Assembly: GCA_964230645.1 (NCBI GenBank)
Contig: CAXRHT010000002.1
Coordinates: 1,856,001 to 1,920,000 of the forward strand
Origin: Bdellovibrionales bacterium
GTDB taxonomy: Bacteria; Bdellovibrionota; Bdellovibrionia; Bdellovibrionales; JAGQZY01
DNA length: 64,000 nucleotides
Direction: 5' to 3'
This document shows, in pieces, positions 1 through 9,041 of the stretch. The notes below the pieces were generated by a model that ran no database searches, had not been told where the DNA came from, and saw only the letters and a program-made list of their open reading frames with translations. The position numbers and the translations under genes were made by a program. Each line of letters begins with the position of its first letter. The stretch's first letter is position 1.

Positions 1-1563
1 AGGACCTGCCGTAACTGTTGGAATTTCGTCGAAGTTTTCATGAGGAGGAGGAGACGGGATCGTCCACTCTAGTGTTTTTGAGCCCCAAGGGTTTGGACCT
101 GCTTTTGCCCCGCTGCGAGCTCCCTGCCATAAAGCATAAAGTGCTACAAGAAAGCCGATACCAATGGTGTAGGACCCAATACTTGAAATTCTGTTTAAAG
201 ACTCAAATGCGGGAAGATAGTCAGCGTATCTTCTCGGCATTCCCATGGCTCCCAAAACAAACTGAGGGAAAAAGGTCACGTTAAAGCCAATGAAGATAAG
301 AACCCAAGAAAGTCTTGCTAGGGGTTCACTGAACATGCGGCCAGTGATTTTAGGAAACCAATAAAAAGCACCACCCATAATGGCCATCAATGTTCCACCC
401 ACCATCACATAGTGAAAGTGAGCCACAACAAAATAGGTGTCGTGGAAGTGGATGTCCGTAGCGATGGTGGAAAGGAAAATCCCTGTTACCCCACCGATGG
501 TGAAAATAAACATGAATCCTAGGGCATAAAGCATAGGAGACTGCATTTGAATGGAACCCTTATAAAGAGTAGCAAGCCAGTTAAAGAGCTTAATCGCTGT
601 AGGTACACCCACAAGCATAGTCAGAACCGAGAAGACAATGGCTGCCACCTCCGACTGGGAACTTGTAAACATATGGTGTCCCCAAACAAGGAAGCTCACT
701 CCCGCAATAGCGATTGAAGAGTAGGCAATGGCTGTGTAACCGAAGATTGTTTTCTTAGAAAAACAGGTGATAAGTTCCGAGATCACACCCATGGCAGGTA
801 AGATCATGATGTAAACGGCCGGATGAGAGTAGAACCAGAAAAAGTGCTGGAATAAGACCGGGTCACCACCAAGCTCTGGATCAAAGATCCCGATACCAAA
901 GATGTTCTCCATAACTAGTAGTAAAACTGTGATCCCAACAACAGGGGTGGCTAGAACCTGGAGAATCGCTGTCGCGTAAAGGCTCCAAGTAAAAAGAGTG
1001 ATTCTGTTCATAGTCATTCCAGGAGCTCTTAATTTGTGGACTGTGGCCACAAAGTTCACCCCTGTAAGGATTGATGAGAATCCGGCAACAAATGCGGCAA
1101 GAGCAGCCGTAATGTTCGCACCCGTGAAATTAATCGAGTAAGGCGTATAGAATGTCCAACCCGTATCTGCCCCACCAAGGAAAATACTAAGGAACGCTAA
1201 GGCGGCCCCACCCACATAACAGTACCAACTCATAAGGTTCACGGTTGGAAAGGCCACATCTCTTGCTCCGAGATGAAGTGGCATGATGATGTTTCCTAAA
1301 ATCGCCGGTATCCCCGGAACGATTACAAAGAAAACCATGATCACACCATGGTAGGTCATAAAGCGGTTATAAAGATCAGGGGAAAAGTAGTTTCCTGAGC
1401 TGAATAGTTCCGTACGAATCAACATGGCCAAAATTCCACCGAGGAAAAAGAAAAATCCGATGGAGTAAAAATATAGAAGACCAATTCGCTTGTGATCGCG
1501 GGAAGTCAGCCAGGACATGATCCCAGCTTCGTGATTTAAGTAAGTTTTTCCTGCTTCTGCCAT
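1..1563 (-). CDS. ctaD: Cytochrome c oxidase subunit I (3' end truncated by window edge)
   Basis: Manual translation from ATG at 1563 gives MAEAGKTYLNHEAGIMSWLTSRDHKRIG..., GGDPVLFQHFFWFYSHPAVY, WGHHMF, HDTYFVVAHFHYV and IPSPPPHENF. It lies directly downstream of coxB. It is absent from the ORF track because its stop codon is outside the window. Confidence 0.97.
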   Translation of the reverse strand, partial: MAEAGKTYLNHEAGIMSWLTSRDHKRIGLLYFYSIGFFFFLGGILAMLIRTELFSSGNYFSPDLYNRFMTYHGVIMVFFVIVPGIPAILGNIIMPLHLGARDVAFPTVNLMSWYCYVGGAALAFLSIFLGGADTGWTFYTPYSINFTGANITAALAAFVAGFSSILTGVNFVATVHKLRAPGMTMNRITLFTWSLYATAILQVLATPVVGITVLLLVMENIFGIGIFDPELGGDPVLFQHFFWFYSHPAVYIMILPAMGVISELITCFSKKTIFGYTAIAYSSIAIAGVSFLVWGHHMFTSSQSEVAAIVFSVLTMLVGVPTAIKLFNWLATLYKGSIQMQSPMLYALGFMFIFTIGGVTGIFLSTIATDIHFHDTYFVVAHFHYVMVGGTLMAIMGGAFYWFPKITGRMFSEPLARLSWVLIFIGFNVTFFPQFVLGAMGMPRRYADYLPAFESLNRISSIGSYTIGIGFLVALYALWQGARSGAKAGPNPWGSKTLEWTIPSPPPHENFDEIPTVTAGP

Positions 1564-1575
1564 TTCTAAAACTCC

Positions 1576-2598
1576 CTATTTCAACGTCTTGATGAATTCG
1601 ATAACAGCCGTAATATCTTCGTCTGTTAGCTGGCCTTGGTAAGCCGGCATTTGGTTGGGCGCGTAGCCCTCAACAATTTTTTTATTCGAATTAAGAATGG
1701 ATTCTTTAATGTAGTTATCATCAGCCTTAGCTGAACTGCCGTCAGCAAAGTTTCTAGTTGAGCCGTAAAGGCCTTTCCAGGTCGGTCCGGTCATTTTGGT
1801 TCCATTTAAACTGTGGCAACCAATACAGGCTCTTGTTCGGTAAATATCTTTTCCTTTGTCAGCCAAAGAAGCCTCTCCACCGCCTGAGCTCTCATCACCA
1901 ATGACCCAGTCATTAAAAGCGACCTCTTCAACCACTTTCACTTTCCCAAGCATATTGGAGTGTCCAGTTCCGCAGTACTCTGTACAGAAAATCCAGAACT
2001 CCCCTGTTCTATTTGGGGTAAAACTCATCTGAGTGTAGCGTCCAGGAACAATATCTTGTTTTACGCGGAAGGCTGGAACGAAAAAGCTGTGAAGTACAGC
2101 GCGGTCTTTTTTGTCAGCGGGGTTCACTTTTGATGAGGTCATGATTAAACGCACAGGCTTGTTCACAGGAACAACCATTGTGGAAGGAACTTTATTTCCC
2201 TCATCATCGACGTCAGAAAGGACTTTGCGTCCGTTTTTGTATATAAACTCCCAGTCCCATTTTTTGGCCACCACATGGATCTCCATGGCGTTCTTAGGAA
2301 CTTCACGCATGTCGAGGTAAACTTTGGCACCCCAAGCAAAACAGACCATAAAGATCACAAAGGGAACGAAAGACCAAACGAACTCAAGGGTGTGATCGTG
2401 AGTAATATAGGCCGTTTTGTCATCGTTTCCTCGGCGGCGGTACTTGTTTACGAAGTAAATAAGCCCACCCATTAGGATGACAAAAGAAATCAAACTGGAA
2501 ATGAGTAGGAAGCCATATATCGAATCAACGCTCTTTGCGACCTCGGTTGCCGCTGGAGGCATAAAAGACTGAGCTTCAGCTGTCGGAATCCACCACAT
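1576..2598 (-). CDS. ctaC: Cytochrome c oxidase subunit II with fused C-terminal cytochrome c (caa3 type)
   Basis: CuA motifs VLHSF and CTEYCGTGHSNM, plus a C-terminal CIGCH heme motif. ATG at 2598 follows GGAG. Confidence 0.96.
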   Translation of the reverse strand: MWWIPTAEAQSFMPPAATEVAKSVDSIYGFLLISSLISFVILMGGLIYFVNKYRRRGNDDKTAYITHDHTLEFVWSFVPFVIFMVCFAWGAKVYLDMREVPKNAMEIHVVAKKWDWEFIYKNGRKVLSDVDDEGNKVPSTMVVPVNKPVRLIMTSSKVNPADKKDRAVLHSFFVPAFRVKQDIVPGRYTQMSFTPNRTGEFWIFCTEYCGTGHSNMLGKVKVVEEVAFNDWVIGDESSGGGEASLADKGKDIYRTRACIGCHSLNGTKMTGPTWKGLYGSTRNFADGSSAKADDNYIKESILNSNKKIVEGYAPNQMPAYQGQLTDEDITAVIEFIKTLK

Positions 2599-2645
2599 TG
2601 AACCAACTCCTTTGTGAATCAAGCTGCTGGTACTAAACCATTTAT

Positions 2646-3467
2646 TTAACTAGCTGTTTTTCTTGATTTCAACCAAAATGGCACAAGCCAAGCCAATAGG
2701 ATCAGCAGAATTAATGCTGCTGCTCCCCTTAATATATTCATAATGTAAAAGGCATATTTATTCGTTTTTGGGTCATAACGAAAGCAAAAAAGTGCAAAGT
2801 TATCAGTGAGACTGCCAATCTCACCCTTTGATGCTTCCACAACAGAGAGACGAAAGGTTTTTGGATCGAAATAGACACCGTGAAGATAGCGCGAAATCAT
2901 CCCCTGAGGCGTTGATATGATCGCTGCGGAGGCATGTGCCCATTCATTAGCCTCTTCATTCCACTTAAATTTAAAACCCACTGTGTCGGCTAACTGATTA
3001 ATATTTTTTTCCGAACCTGTTAGAAAATGAATACCATTATCAGGATTTTCTACCTCTTTGAGGTATTCAGAAACGTAGGTGTCTTTCTTCGCTGCTGCTA
3101 AATCAGGCTTTTCAGTTTCATCGATACTCACCGCTAAGAATTCAAAGTCTTTTCCAGGGGTTAAGCCTAATTCATTAAAGACTTCAAAGACGCCTTTTAG
3201 ATGTAAATTACAGAGACTGGGGCAAGAGTAGTAAACAAGACTTAAAATGACGGGTTTGGTTTCACTATAGAAACTTGAGATTTGAACGGGCTCACCCATC
3301 TCATTTTTAAAGGTTAATTCCCCAGGAAGTTGAGTGTTGAGATTTTCATCAATCCCCACTCCTTCAATGGCATCTGGCAAAGTATTTTGAGACCCACCTT
3401 CGGTACTTGGAACGTAAGCTTGAGCAAAATTAAATGTGAGGCAGAATAACAACAACTTTAAAAACAA
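2646..3467 (-). CDS. SCO family copper chaperone
   Basis: CPSLC motif and conserved His (WAHAS), signal peptide, C-terminal TM helix, located upstream of coxB. Confidence 0.9.
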   Translation of the reverse strand: MFLKLLLFCLTFNFAQAYVPSTEGGSQNTLPDAIEGVGIDENLNTQLPGELTFKNEMGEPVQISSFYSETKPVILSLVYYSCPSLCNLHLKGVFEVFNELGLTPGKDFEFLAVSIDETEKPDLAAAKKDTYVSEYLKEVENPDNGIHFLTGSEKNINQLADTVGFKFKWNEEANEWAHASAAIISTPQGMISRYLHGVYFDPKTFRLSVVEASKGEIGSLTDNFALFCFRYDPKTNKYAFYIMNILRGAAALILLILLAWLVPFWLKSRKTAS

Positions 3468-3531
3468 TTCAAAACCTTCAAATTTTGTTCAAGATAGCGT
3501 GAACTATCTTGTGATGCAAGGCAATAATGAT

Positions 3532-3918
3532 TTATTGCTCAGCATCCTCTTTCGTTTCTGATTGGTCTTCTTCTTTTGAAGACTCTTCCTTATCAGATCC
3601 TTCTTGGTCTTCTGATTCTTCAGTGGCGGCTGCGCCAGCGGCGTCTTCATCTGAAGACTCTTCTTTTTCTTCTGAATCTCCACCCTCTTCTTCAAGGGCT
3701 GCGCCCTCTTGAGCTGTAGTTTCAGAGTCTTCTGAAGCTGCGGCTTTATCTGGAGTGGCCATTTTCTGTTCCACATCCTTTGTCTTAATCTCTTCTAAAT
3801 CCACACCAGTGTGTAAAAAAGCGACGTAAACGAAAAATAAAAGGGTTACGACCATTGCGAACAAGAATGCGAGCATTCCACCACGATTGTAATCACCATA
3901 ATCATAGGTCTCTGACAT
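3532..3918 (-). CDS. Hypothetical single-TM protein with very acidic low-complexity tail
   Basis: ORF with GGAG RBS and one N-terminal hydrophobic helix, followed by an E/D/S-rich region. Confidence 0.7.
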   Translation of the reverse strand: MSETYDYGDYNRGGMLAFLFAMVVTLLFFVYVAFLHTGVDLEEIKTKDVEQKMATPDKAAASEDSETTAQEGAALEEEGGDSEEKEESSDEDAAGAAATEESEDQEGSDKEESSKEEDQSETKEDAEQ

Positions 3919-4022
3919 GAACTGTTCCTCCAGATTGCGATGGAACTAATAATTCTCACTATGGGGCAATGAAATCAAGCTGTTTCCTGGAGATTTCGCG
4001 TTTTCTGATAGATAATAAGGCT

Positions 4023-4466
4023 ATGAAGTACTTCCTATATATCGCTCTTCTGGGAGCCCTCACCCAATGCGCCTCAAGACTTGAGGAAAGACGCGCTGAT
4101 TTTGAGGCCGTCGAGATTGGAATGGTGAAATCCGAAGTGCTTGATATCGCGGGCCCGCCTTATTGGTCCGATCACAAAGACGGCCACGATCGGTGGATGT
4201 ATTATATGAAGCCCGAAGCTCGCCAGATGGAAAAGATCATCTATTTCAAAAAGGGAGCCGTGGTCAGAAAAGGTATTCGCGAAAAACCCATCCTCACGGC
4301 TGAGGAAATGGAAGAGATCAAAAAGCCAAAGCAGCCCGAAATGGAACCCTTCACTCCTTCTTATGACAAGAAAGAACTTCGCAAAGAAGTAAAAGAAGCG
4401 GTTGAAAAAGAAGAGAAGCAAAAGAAAACAAAAGTCTATCCAGGTTCGACACTGGAATCTCTTTAA
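4023..4466 (+). CDS. bamE: SmpA/BamE-family outer membrane lipoprotein
   Basis: Lipobox-like LTQC. The segment IGMVKSEVLDIAGPP...RWMY matches the SmpA_OmlA pattern. Confidence 0.7.
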   Translation: MKYFLYIALLGALTQCASRLEERRADFEAVEIGMVKSEVLDIAGPPYWSDHKDGHDRWMYYMKPEARQMEKIIYFKKGAVVRKGIREKPILTAEEMEEIKKPKQPEMEPFTPSYDKKELRKEVKEAVEKEEKQKKTKVYPGSTLESL

Positions 4467-4469
4467 GAT

Positions 4470-6041
4470 CTATTCCGATAGAGTCACTAAATCAAAATCG
4501 ATAGTGTAACCTTGCTTCCCAATCTGTAAAGTTTTCACCCGTGGAGATGTAACGTAGCTTGGAAAACTAGCTCCTAAAGGCACCTGTATATAGTTCTCAT
4601 GAAAGACTTTTTGTATCTTCTCCAGAATTTTAGCCTTCTTGAAAGTTGATGGCTGCTCTCTAAATAATGTTAAATATTTCCTCAACGACTCATTTATTGA
4701 AGGTGCGTGGGCAGAGCGCACTTCATTTTCAATATAGGTTGATAATAGAATTGTTGGGTCTGCCACCAGGCCACCCATTCTATAAATATAAAAAGAAACT
4801 TTAGAATCGTCCTTAGTAAAAGAGTGTTGCAAAGTCGGTTTTAAATTCACGTCTAATCCTACACGGGCCAACTGCATCTGTACCTCTTTGACATAGGCGG
4901 GTGTTTCAGAACCTGGGAGACCGTGGTACCAACCCACAAGTGGCGACTTTGAAAATTCTTTTTGTATCTTATCTCGGTCAACTAATGGCTTATTGGTATT
5001 GAAAGGGTCATCTAATCTTCCATACAAATGGATCGGAATTAAACTATAAGAAGGGACAGTGCTTGGTAGGTGCTGGAAAAGCATTTTTCGATCAATAGCG
5101 CGAGCAACGAGCGACCTAACTTCTATTTTTTTCGCCCATTTATTACTAAAATTAAAATCAAGCACAACCATTGAAGAATTAATACGACCTCGTTGATATT
5201 CGTAGTCTTTATAATTGAAGAGTTTTTTCGCCGTTGGACCACACCCAATATCCACCCTGTTTTTTTTCGGGTCACCAATCTCAACAAACTTGATAAGGTT
5301 TGGGCAGTCCTCACAAGAATTAACTCTCTTTACAACCACCGAGACGCCTTCTCTACTAAAATTTACTACTCTATAGGGCCCTAATCCGATAGGAAATTGA
5401 CTTGTGTCATCCGAAATGAGTGCACTCTTTTTAGGTTGAACTGGAGAGGAATACAGTGAAAGTTTGTAAAGAAAGTAAGGATCATTTTGCTTCAAAACAA
5501 TCTTGAGCCTCTGATCACTTATTCTCTGGATACCTTCTACCGACCCTTCGGAAAAAGCATGATTGCCTCTCAACTTATCAATACCGACAATTTGATTCAA
5601 AAAATCCCTTTCAAAATCCCCCTCATCTTCAAAGAACTTTCTAAGAATTGCATACTCAACATCTTCGATTTTAAGTTTTTGCCCATCATGAAAAGTTAAG
5701 TTCTCTGCTAATGTAAGGGTGTATGAACGAGACCCAGATTCCCAAACCCAGTCCTTAAAAACTCCTTTTTCTAATTCAAAATTTTCTGATATTTTGATCA
5801 GGGGTAAATGCACAGCGGAGTTAAAGATTTGTTTCGTTTGATTAGATGTCTGTGGGTCCCATGGCATTTTACCTAATGAGGTGACTTGAACTATTAGTGG
5901 CTTAGAATCTCTTTTATCTTTGTTTTCCTTCTTTGGATCAATGCTTTCCCAACGCAGAAAGAAAAAACAGATAAAACCCAAAATTGTTAAGAAAAACGCA
6001 AGCTGCTTAGTCTTTATCTTTTTCAAGAGACTCCTTTTCAA
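4470..6041 (-). CDS. ABC transporter substrate-binding protein, family 5 (orphan)
   Basis: SBP_bac_5 signatures: LTFHDGQKL..EDV, PIGLGPYRV, VRSLVARAIDR. Confidence 0.85.
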   Translation of the reverse strand: MKRSLLKKIKTKQLAFFLTILGFICFFFLRWESIDPKKENKDKRDSKPLIVQVTSLGKMPWDPQTSNQTKQIFNSAVHLPLIKISENFELEKGVFKDWVWESGSRSYTLTLAENLTFHDGQKLKIEDVEYAILRKFFEDEGDFERDFLNQIVGIDKLRGNHAFSEGSVEGIQRISDQRLKIVLKQNDPYFLYKLSLYSSPVQPKKSALISDDTSQFPIGLGPYRVVNFSREGVSVVVKRVNSCEDCPNLIKFVEIGDPKKNRVDIGCGPTAKKLFNYKDYEYQRGRINSSMVVLDFNFSNKWAKKIEVRSLVARAIDRKMLFQHLPSTVPSYSLIPIHLYGRLDDPFNTNKPLVDRDKIQKEFSKSPLVGWYHGLPGSETPAYVKEVQMQLARVGLDVNLKPTLQHSFTKDDSKVSFYIYRMGGLVADPTILLSTYIENEVRSAHAPSINESLRKYLTLFREQPSTFKKAKILEKIQKVFHENYIQVPLGASFPSYVTSPRVKTLQIGKQGYTIDFDLVTLSE

Positions 6042-6127
6042 AATATAATGGCATTCTATCGATAACTATTAAACCATAAATAGAGTCTAAAAGAATTTCC
6101 CTTGAGGAGGGACTCACTTCTTTTTTC

Positions 6128-6718
6128 TTAATTTACGACGATCGACTCTTCGTTGAGAGTTTCTTCTTCAGAGCCTTGCACTTCAATTGTTTTTGTTACT
6201 CGGTAAGGTTCAGTACAATCCCACAGCCTTGTGTCTTCTGTTGGGAATACTCCAGTGTGCATATATGTGTTGAAAAGGCTCCGTTGATTGAAGATCATTC
6301 GAACCTTTTCTGCTGTATTTTGAAAATCGTAAACTAAGCGGTGGGTACGATCGATCGAGCCTTCCATTGAAAGTTCGGTCTCTAGATCAGGTTGATCGAG
6401 AAATTCATTGATCGCTTCTGGTGTTAATTCACTAGGTACTCCAGGATGGATGCTTAAAACTCCTCTGGAACGAAAAGGTATACGATTAGGATCAGGCTGA
6501 TCTTCTAAGAAATTCTCTAGCGTAGGGATATTGTGATTTCCACTCTCTCTCATAGGATCGTATATTTGATCAATGACTAATGTATTTCGAGGATCAGAGC
6601 CTCGGGTAACTACTTTTAGTTCGGTACAAGCCATTCGCATGACATCAACTTGCTGAGTTTCGGCAAAAACCGTTTTTGCACTGATAATTGTAATAAAGGC
6701 TATAAAAATTCTATTCAT
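6128..6718 (-). CDS. Secreted hypothetical protein, tandem paralog 1 (EESIVVN tail)
   Basis: Signal peptide ending VFA. Aligns without gaps to 6736-7326. Confidence 0.85.
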   Translation of the reverse strand: MNRIFIAFITIISAKTVFAETQQVDVMRMACTELKVVTRGSDPRNTLVIDQIYDPMRESGNHNIPTLENFLEDQPDPNRIPFRSRGVLSIHPGVPSELTPEAINEFLDQPDLETELSMEGSIDRTHRLVYDFQNTAEKVRMIFNQRSLFNTYMHTGVFPTEDTRLWDCTEPYRVTKTIEVQGSEEETLNEESIVVN

Positions 6719-6735
6719 GTGGGACTCATTTATCC

Positions 6736-7326
6736 TTAATTTACGACTATAGTTTCTTCATTAAAAACTTCCTCTTCGGAACCTCGCGCCTCAATTATTT
6801 TTGTCACGCGGTAAGGTTCTGAGCACTCAAAAAGTCTTGAGCTTTCGGTAGGAAAATCTCCAGTCCTCATGAATGTACTTTGTAAACTCGACTGATCAAA
6901 ATCCATTCTTATTTTCTGCTCAGTATTCTCAAATTGGTACACTATACGGTGAGTTCGATTTATAGATCCTTCTACAGAAAATTCGGTTTCAAGACCTGGC
7001 TGATCTATAAAGGCGTCTATAGCCTCTGGATTTAAGTCCTCTGGGATTCCTGGATGTATACTTAAAATTCCACGGGACACAAATGGAAGTTGATTAGGAT
7101 TGGGATGTTCCTCCAAGAATCTATCTAAGTTAGGAAAACTAGGATTTCCACTTTCAGTCATAGGATCATAAACTTGCTCTACTATTAACGTATTTTCAGG
7201 ATCAGCTCCTTGCGACGAAAGAATCCTTTCAGTGCAAGCCATTCGCATTACTTCGACCTGGAGGGTTTCTGCTAAACCTGTGTTTGCGCTGACAATTGAA
7301 AAAATAACTATAAAAATTCGACTCAT
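6736..7326 (-). CDS. Secreted hypothetical protein, tandem paralog 2 (EETIVVN tail)
   Basis: Signal peptide ending GLA. Same length (196 aa) as paralog 1. Confidence 0.85.
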   Translation of the reverse strand: MSRIFIVIFSIVSANTGLAETLQVEVMRMACTERILSSQGADPENTLIVEQVYDPMTESGNPSFPNLDRFLEEHPNPNQLPFVSRGILSIHPGIPEDLNPEAIDAFIDQPGLETEFSVEGSINRTHRIVYQFENTEQKIRMDFDQSSLQSTFMRTGDFPTESSRLFECSEPYRVTKIIEARGSEEEVFNEETIVVN

Positions 7327-7344
7327 TTAATCTCTCTACTCGTT

Positions 7345-7932
7345 TCAATTTACGACAATTGACTCTTCACTGAGGACTTCCTCATTCAGTACTCCAGAAC
7401 CTTGAGAAGATGGAGATCGGCCCCGAGAATGTAATTCGATACCTTCAGAACATTCAAAAAAGATTCTTTTGCCATCAATTACAAAAGTTCTGTCCTGGAA
7501 GCCCTGCTCCAGCCCAATAGCACCTTCAAAGCTATGAGCTCCATTTCCACCCTCTAATTGCATCTGGCCAAGTATATCGAGAACCCGAACATCAACCTCA
7601 GTAGAAAATAAAGGAGCTTCTGATGACTGTCCGTCTCTGTTATATACCTCAACTAGCATCCTGTGACCTGGGCTTCGCAAGCCACCAAAATAGGAATTAG
7701 TAATTCGGTCGTATCGCTCAAACATAGGATTTTCGTCAATTTGTGTAAGCTCAAGTCTGTATCGTTCGGGGTTATTCTCGTGCCAAAAAGTATTCACAGC
7801 TTCGTCATCAATTTGGATTGTCGCTTGCACACATGACATTTCAACTCGAGAATTCTCCAAATCAAGATCCTGAGCCTGTGAAAACGTTGATAAAAAAACT
7901 ATGGTTAAAGCAGTTGAGATATTTTTGATCAT
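7345..7932 (-). CDS. Secreted hypothetical protein, divergent member 3 (EESIVVN tail)
   Basis: Signal peptide ending SQA. Shares MxC, FECSE and the C-terminal tail with its neighbours. Confidence 0.8.
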   Translation of the reverse strand: MIKNISTALTIVFLSTFSQAQDLDLENSRVEMSCVQATIQIDDEAVNTFWHENNPERYRLELTQIDENPMFERYDRITNSYFGGLRSPGHRMLVEVYNRDGQSSEAPLFSTEVDVRVLDILGQMQLEGGNGAHSFEGAIGLEQGFQDRTFVIDGKRIFFECSEGIELHSRGRSPSSQGSGVLNEEVLSEESIVVN

Positions 7933-7964
7933 TACAATCCCCTTACGTTATATCTTCTATTACC

Positions 7965-7980
7965 ATCAAGATTCGTGCCA
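7965..7980 (-). promoter_or_regulatory. Candidate sigma54 -24/-12 promoter for the three-gene tandem
   Basis: Minus strand reads TGGCACGAATCTTGAT (GG-N10-GA variant), about 33 nt upstream of the ATG at 7932. Confidence 0.55.
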
Positions 7981-8222
7981 CCCGTTTGCACTTATTTCGC
8001 GTTTCCTCATGGGCGGTGGGCTCCGTGCAGAAAAAGTTACCAAGGTGTCAACTTTTCCTACAGTTGCTCAGAATGAGACGGAATAGATTTTTTCATTTTT
8101 CCCAAATTGCAAAACCCATTTTCTTTTTCGATATGTCATGTCTCATCACGAGAACTTTTTTCATATTTATCGGTTCAATCAACTACCTAGGGTACAATAT
8201 AGAAGACATTGGGGGATGGTTA

Positions 8223-9041
8223 ATGAAAAGTTTAGTATGCTTTCTAGCGTCACTTACATTTACCTGGTCACTTTACGCGAATGTGACAAGTTCCGTGAGA
8301 CCTCAAGCTCGCCCTCAGTGTGGTGATGGTGCAGTACTTTTTGATCAGTCTGTGGTGGAAGCACAGCTCCTTGAGCTCCAGAATAGAATTTCTCATCAAA
8401 AACAAATGAACCGAATGATAATTGCAAATCAAGGCATAGAGACCGATGAGGCCACTGAGCAAGCGCGAATGATTGAAGCGAATCGCGGAACAATATGTGA
8501 CATCGACACCATTCCAAATCAAGTAGTGCATTACGCTGAAGGAGCCTGTGGATTTGATGATGTCGAACAAATATGTACCGACAATAGGGGTAGAGCCGAG
8601 GCTCGAAACCAATTCGTCCTTTCACAAAGTGCTGATAACGAAACTGGTTCCGCAACTATTCGAGAAACCTACAACACCATGGTTCAACAGTTCAATAATA
8701 CCATAGAAGGTAACCAAACCTGCTCACAAGCTGCTCAAGCTAATATCGTGGAGAATCCAATTTGTCTAAATACCTTAGAAGCTTTTGCCTACCGGGAACT
8801 TGCCGAGGATTATATTTCTCGGTGTCAGGAATCTCAAATCCAAGCAATTTACGACTATATTGGACAAGGCTTAGAGAGGATTGGTAACAATTTCCAGGAG
8901 AAGGTAATAAAGCCCCATTGTGAAGCTCGTTCTTTTGAGCATTCTATCGCCAGCTTCATCATCAACTTTGAAATCCAAATGGCTAATCGTAATGACCCAG
9001 TAGAATTACGTGCCCCAGCCTCTGAGAGTGGTCAAGAATGA
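8223..9041 (+). CDS. Secreted Cys-rich hypothetical protein
   Basis: ATG at 8223 follows GGGGGA. Signal peptide ending LYA, with 8 Cys in the mature part. Confidence 0.8.
   Translation: MKSLVCFLASLTFTWSLYANVTSSVRPQARPQCGDGAVLFDQSVVEAQLLELQNRISHQKQMNRMIIANQGIETDEATEQARMIEANRGTICDIDTIPNQVVHYAEGACGFDDVEQICTDNRGRAEARNQFVLSQSADNETGSATIRETYNTMVQQFNNTIEGNQTCSQAAQANIVENPICLNTLEAFAYRELAEDYISRCQESQIQAIYDYIGQGLERIGNNFQEKVIKPHCEARSFEHSIASFIINFEIQMANRNDPVELRAPASESGQE

Noticed and set aside
18..284. Plus-strand ORF and the many other short antisense or nested ORFs in the track
   Set aside because: They are shadows of well-supported genes (here coxA on the minus strand) and have no recognisable motifs.
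6128..7932. Tandem paralogs as diversity-generating retroelement targets or a shufflon
   Set aside because: No reverse transcriptase or recombinase, no near-identical template/variable repeat pair, and divergence is spread over the whole length.
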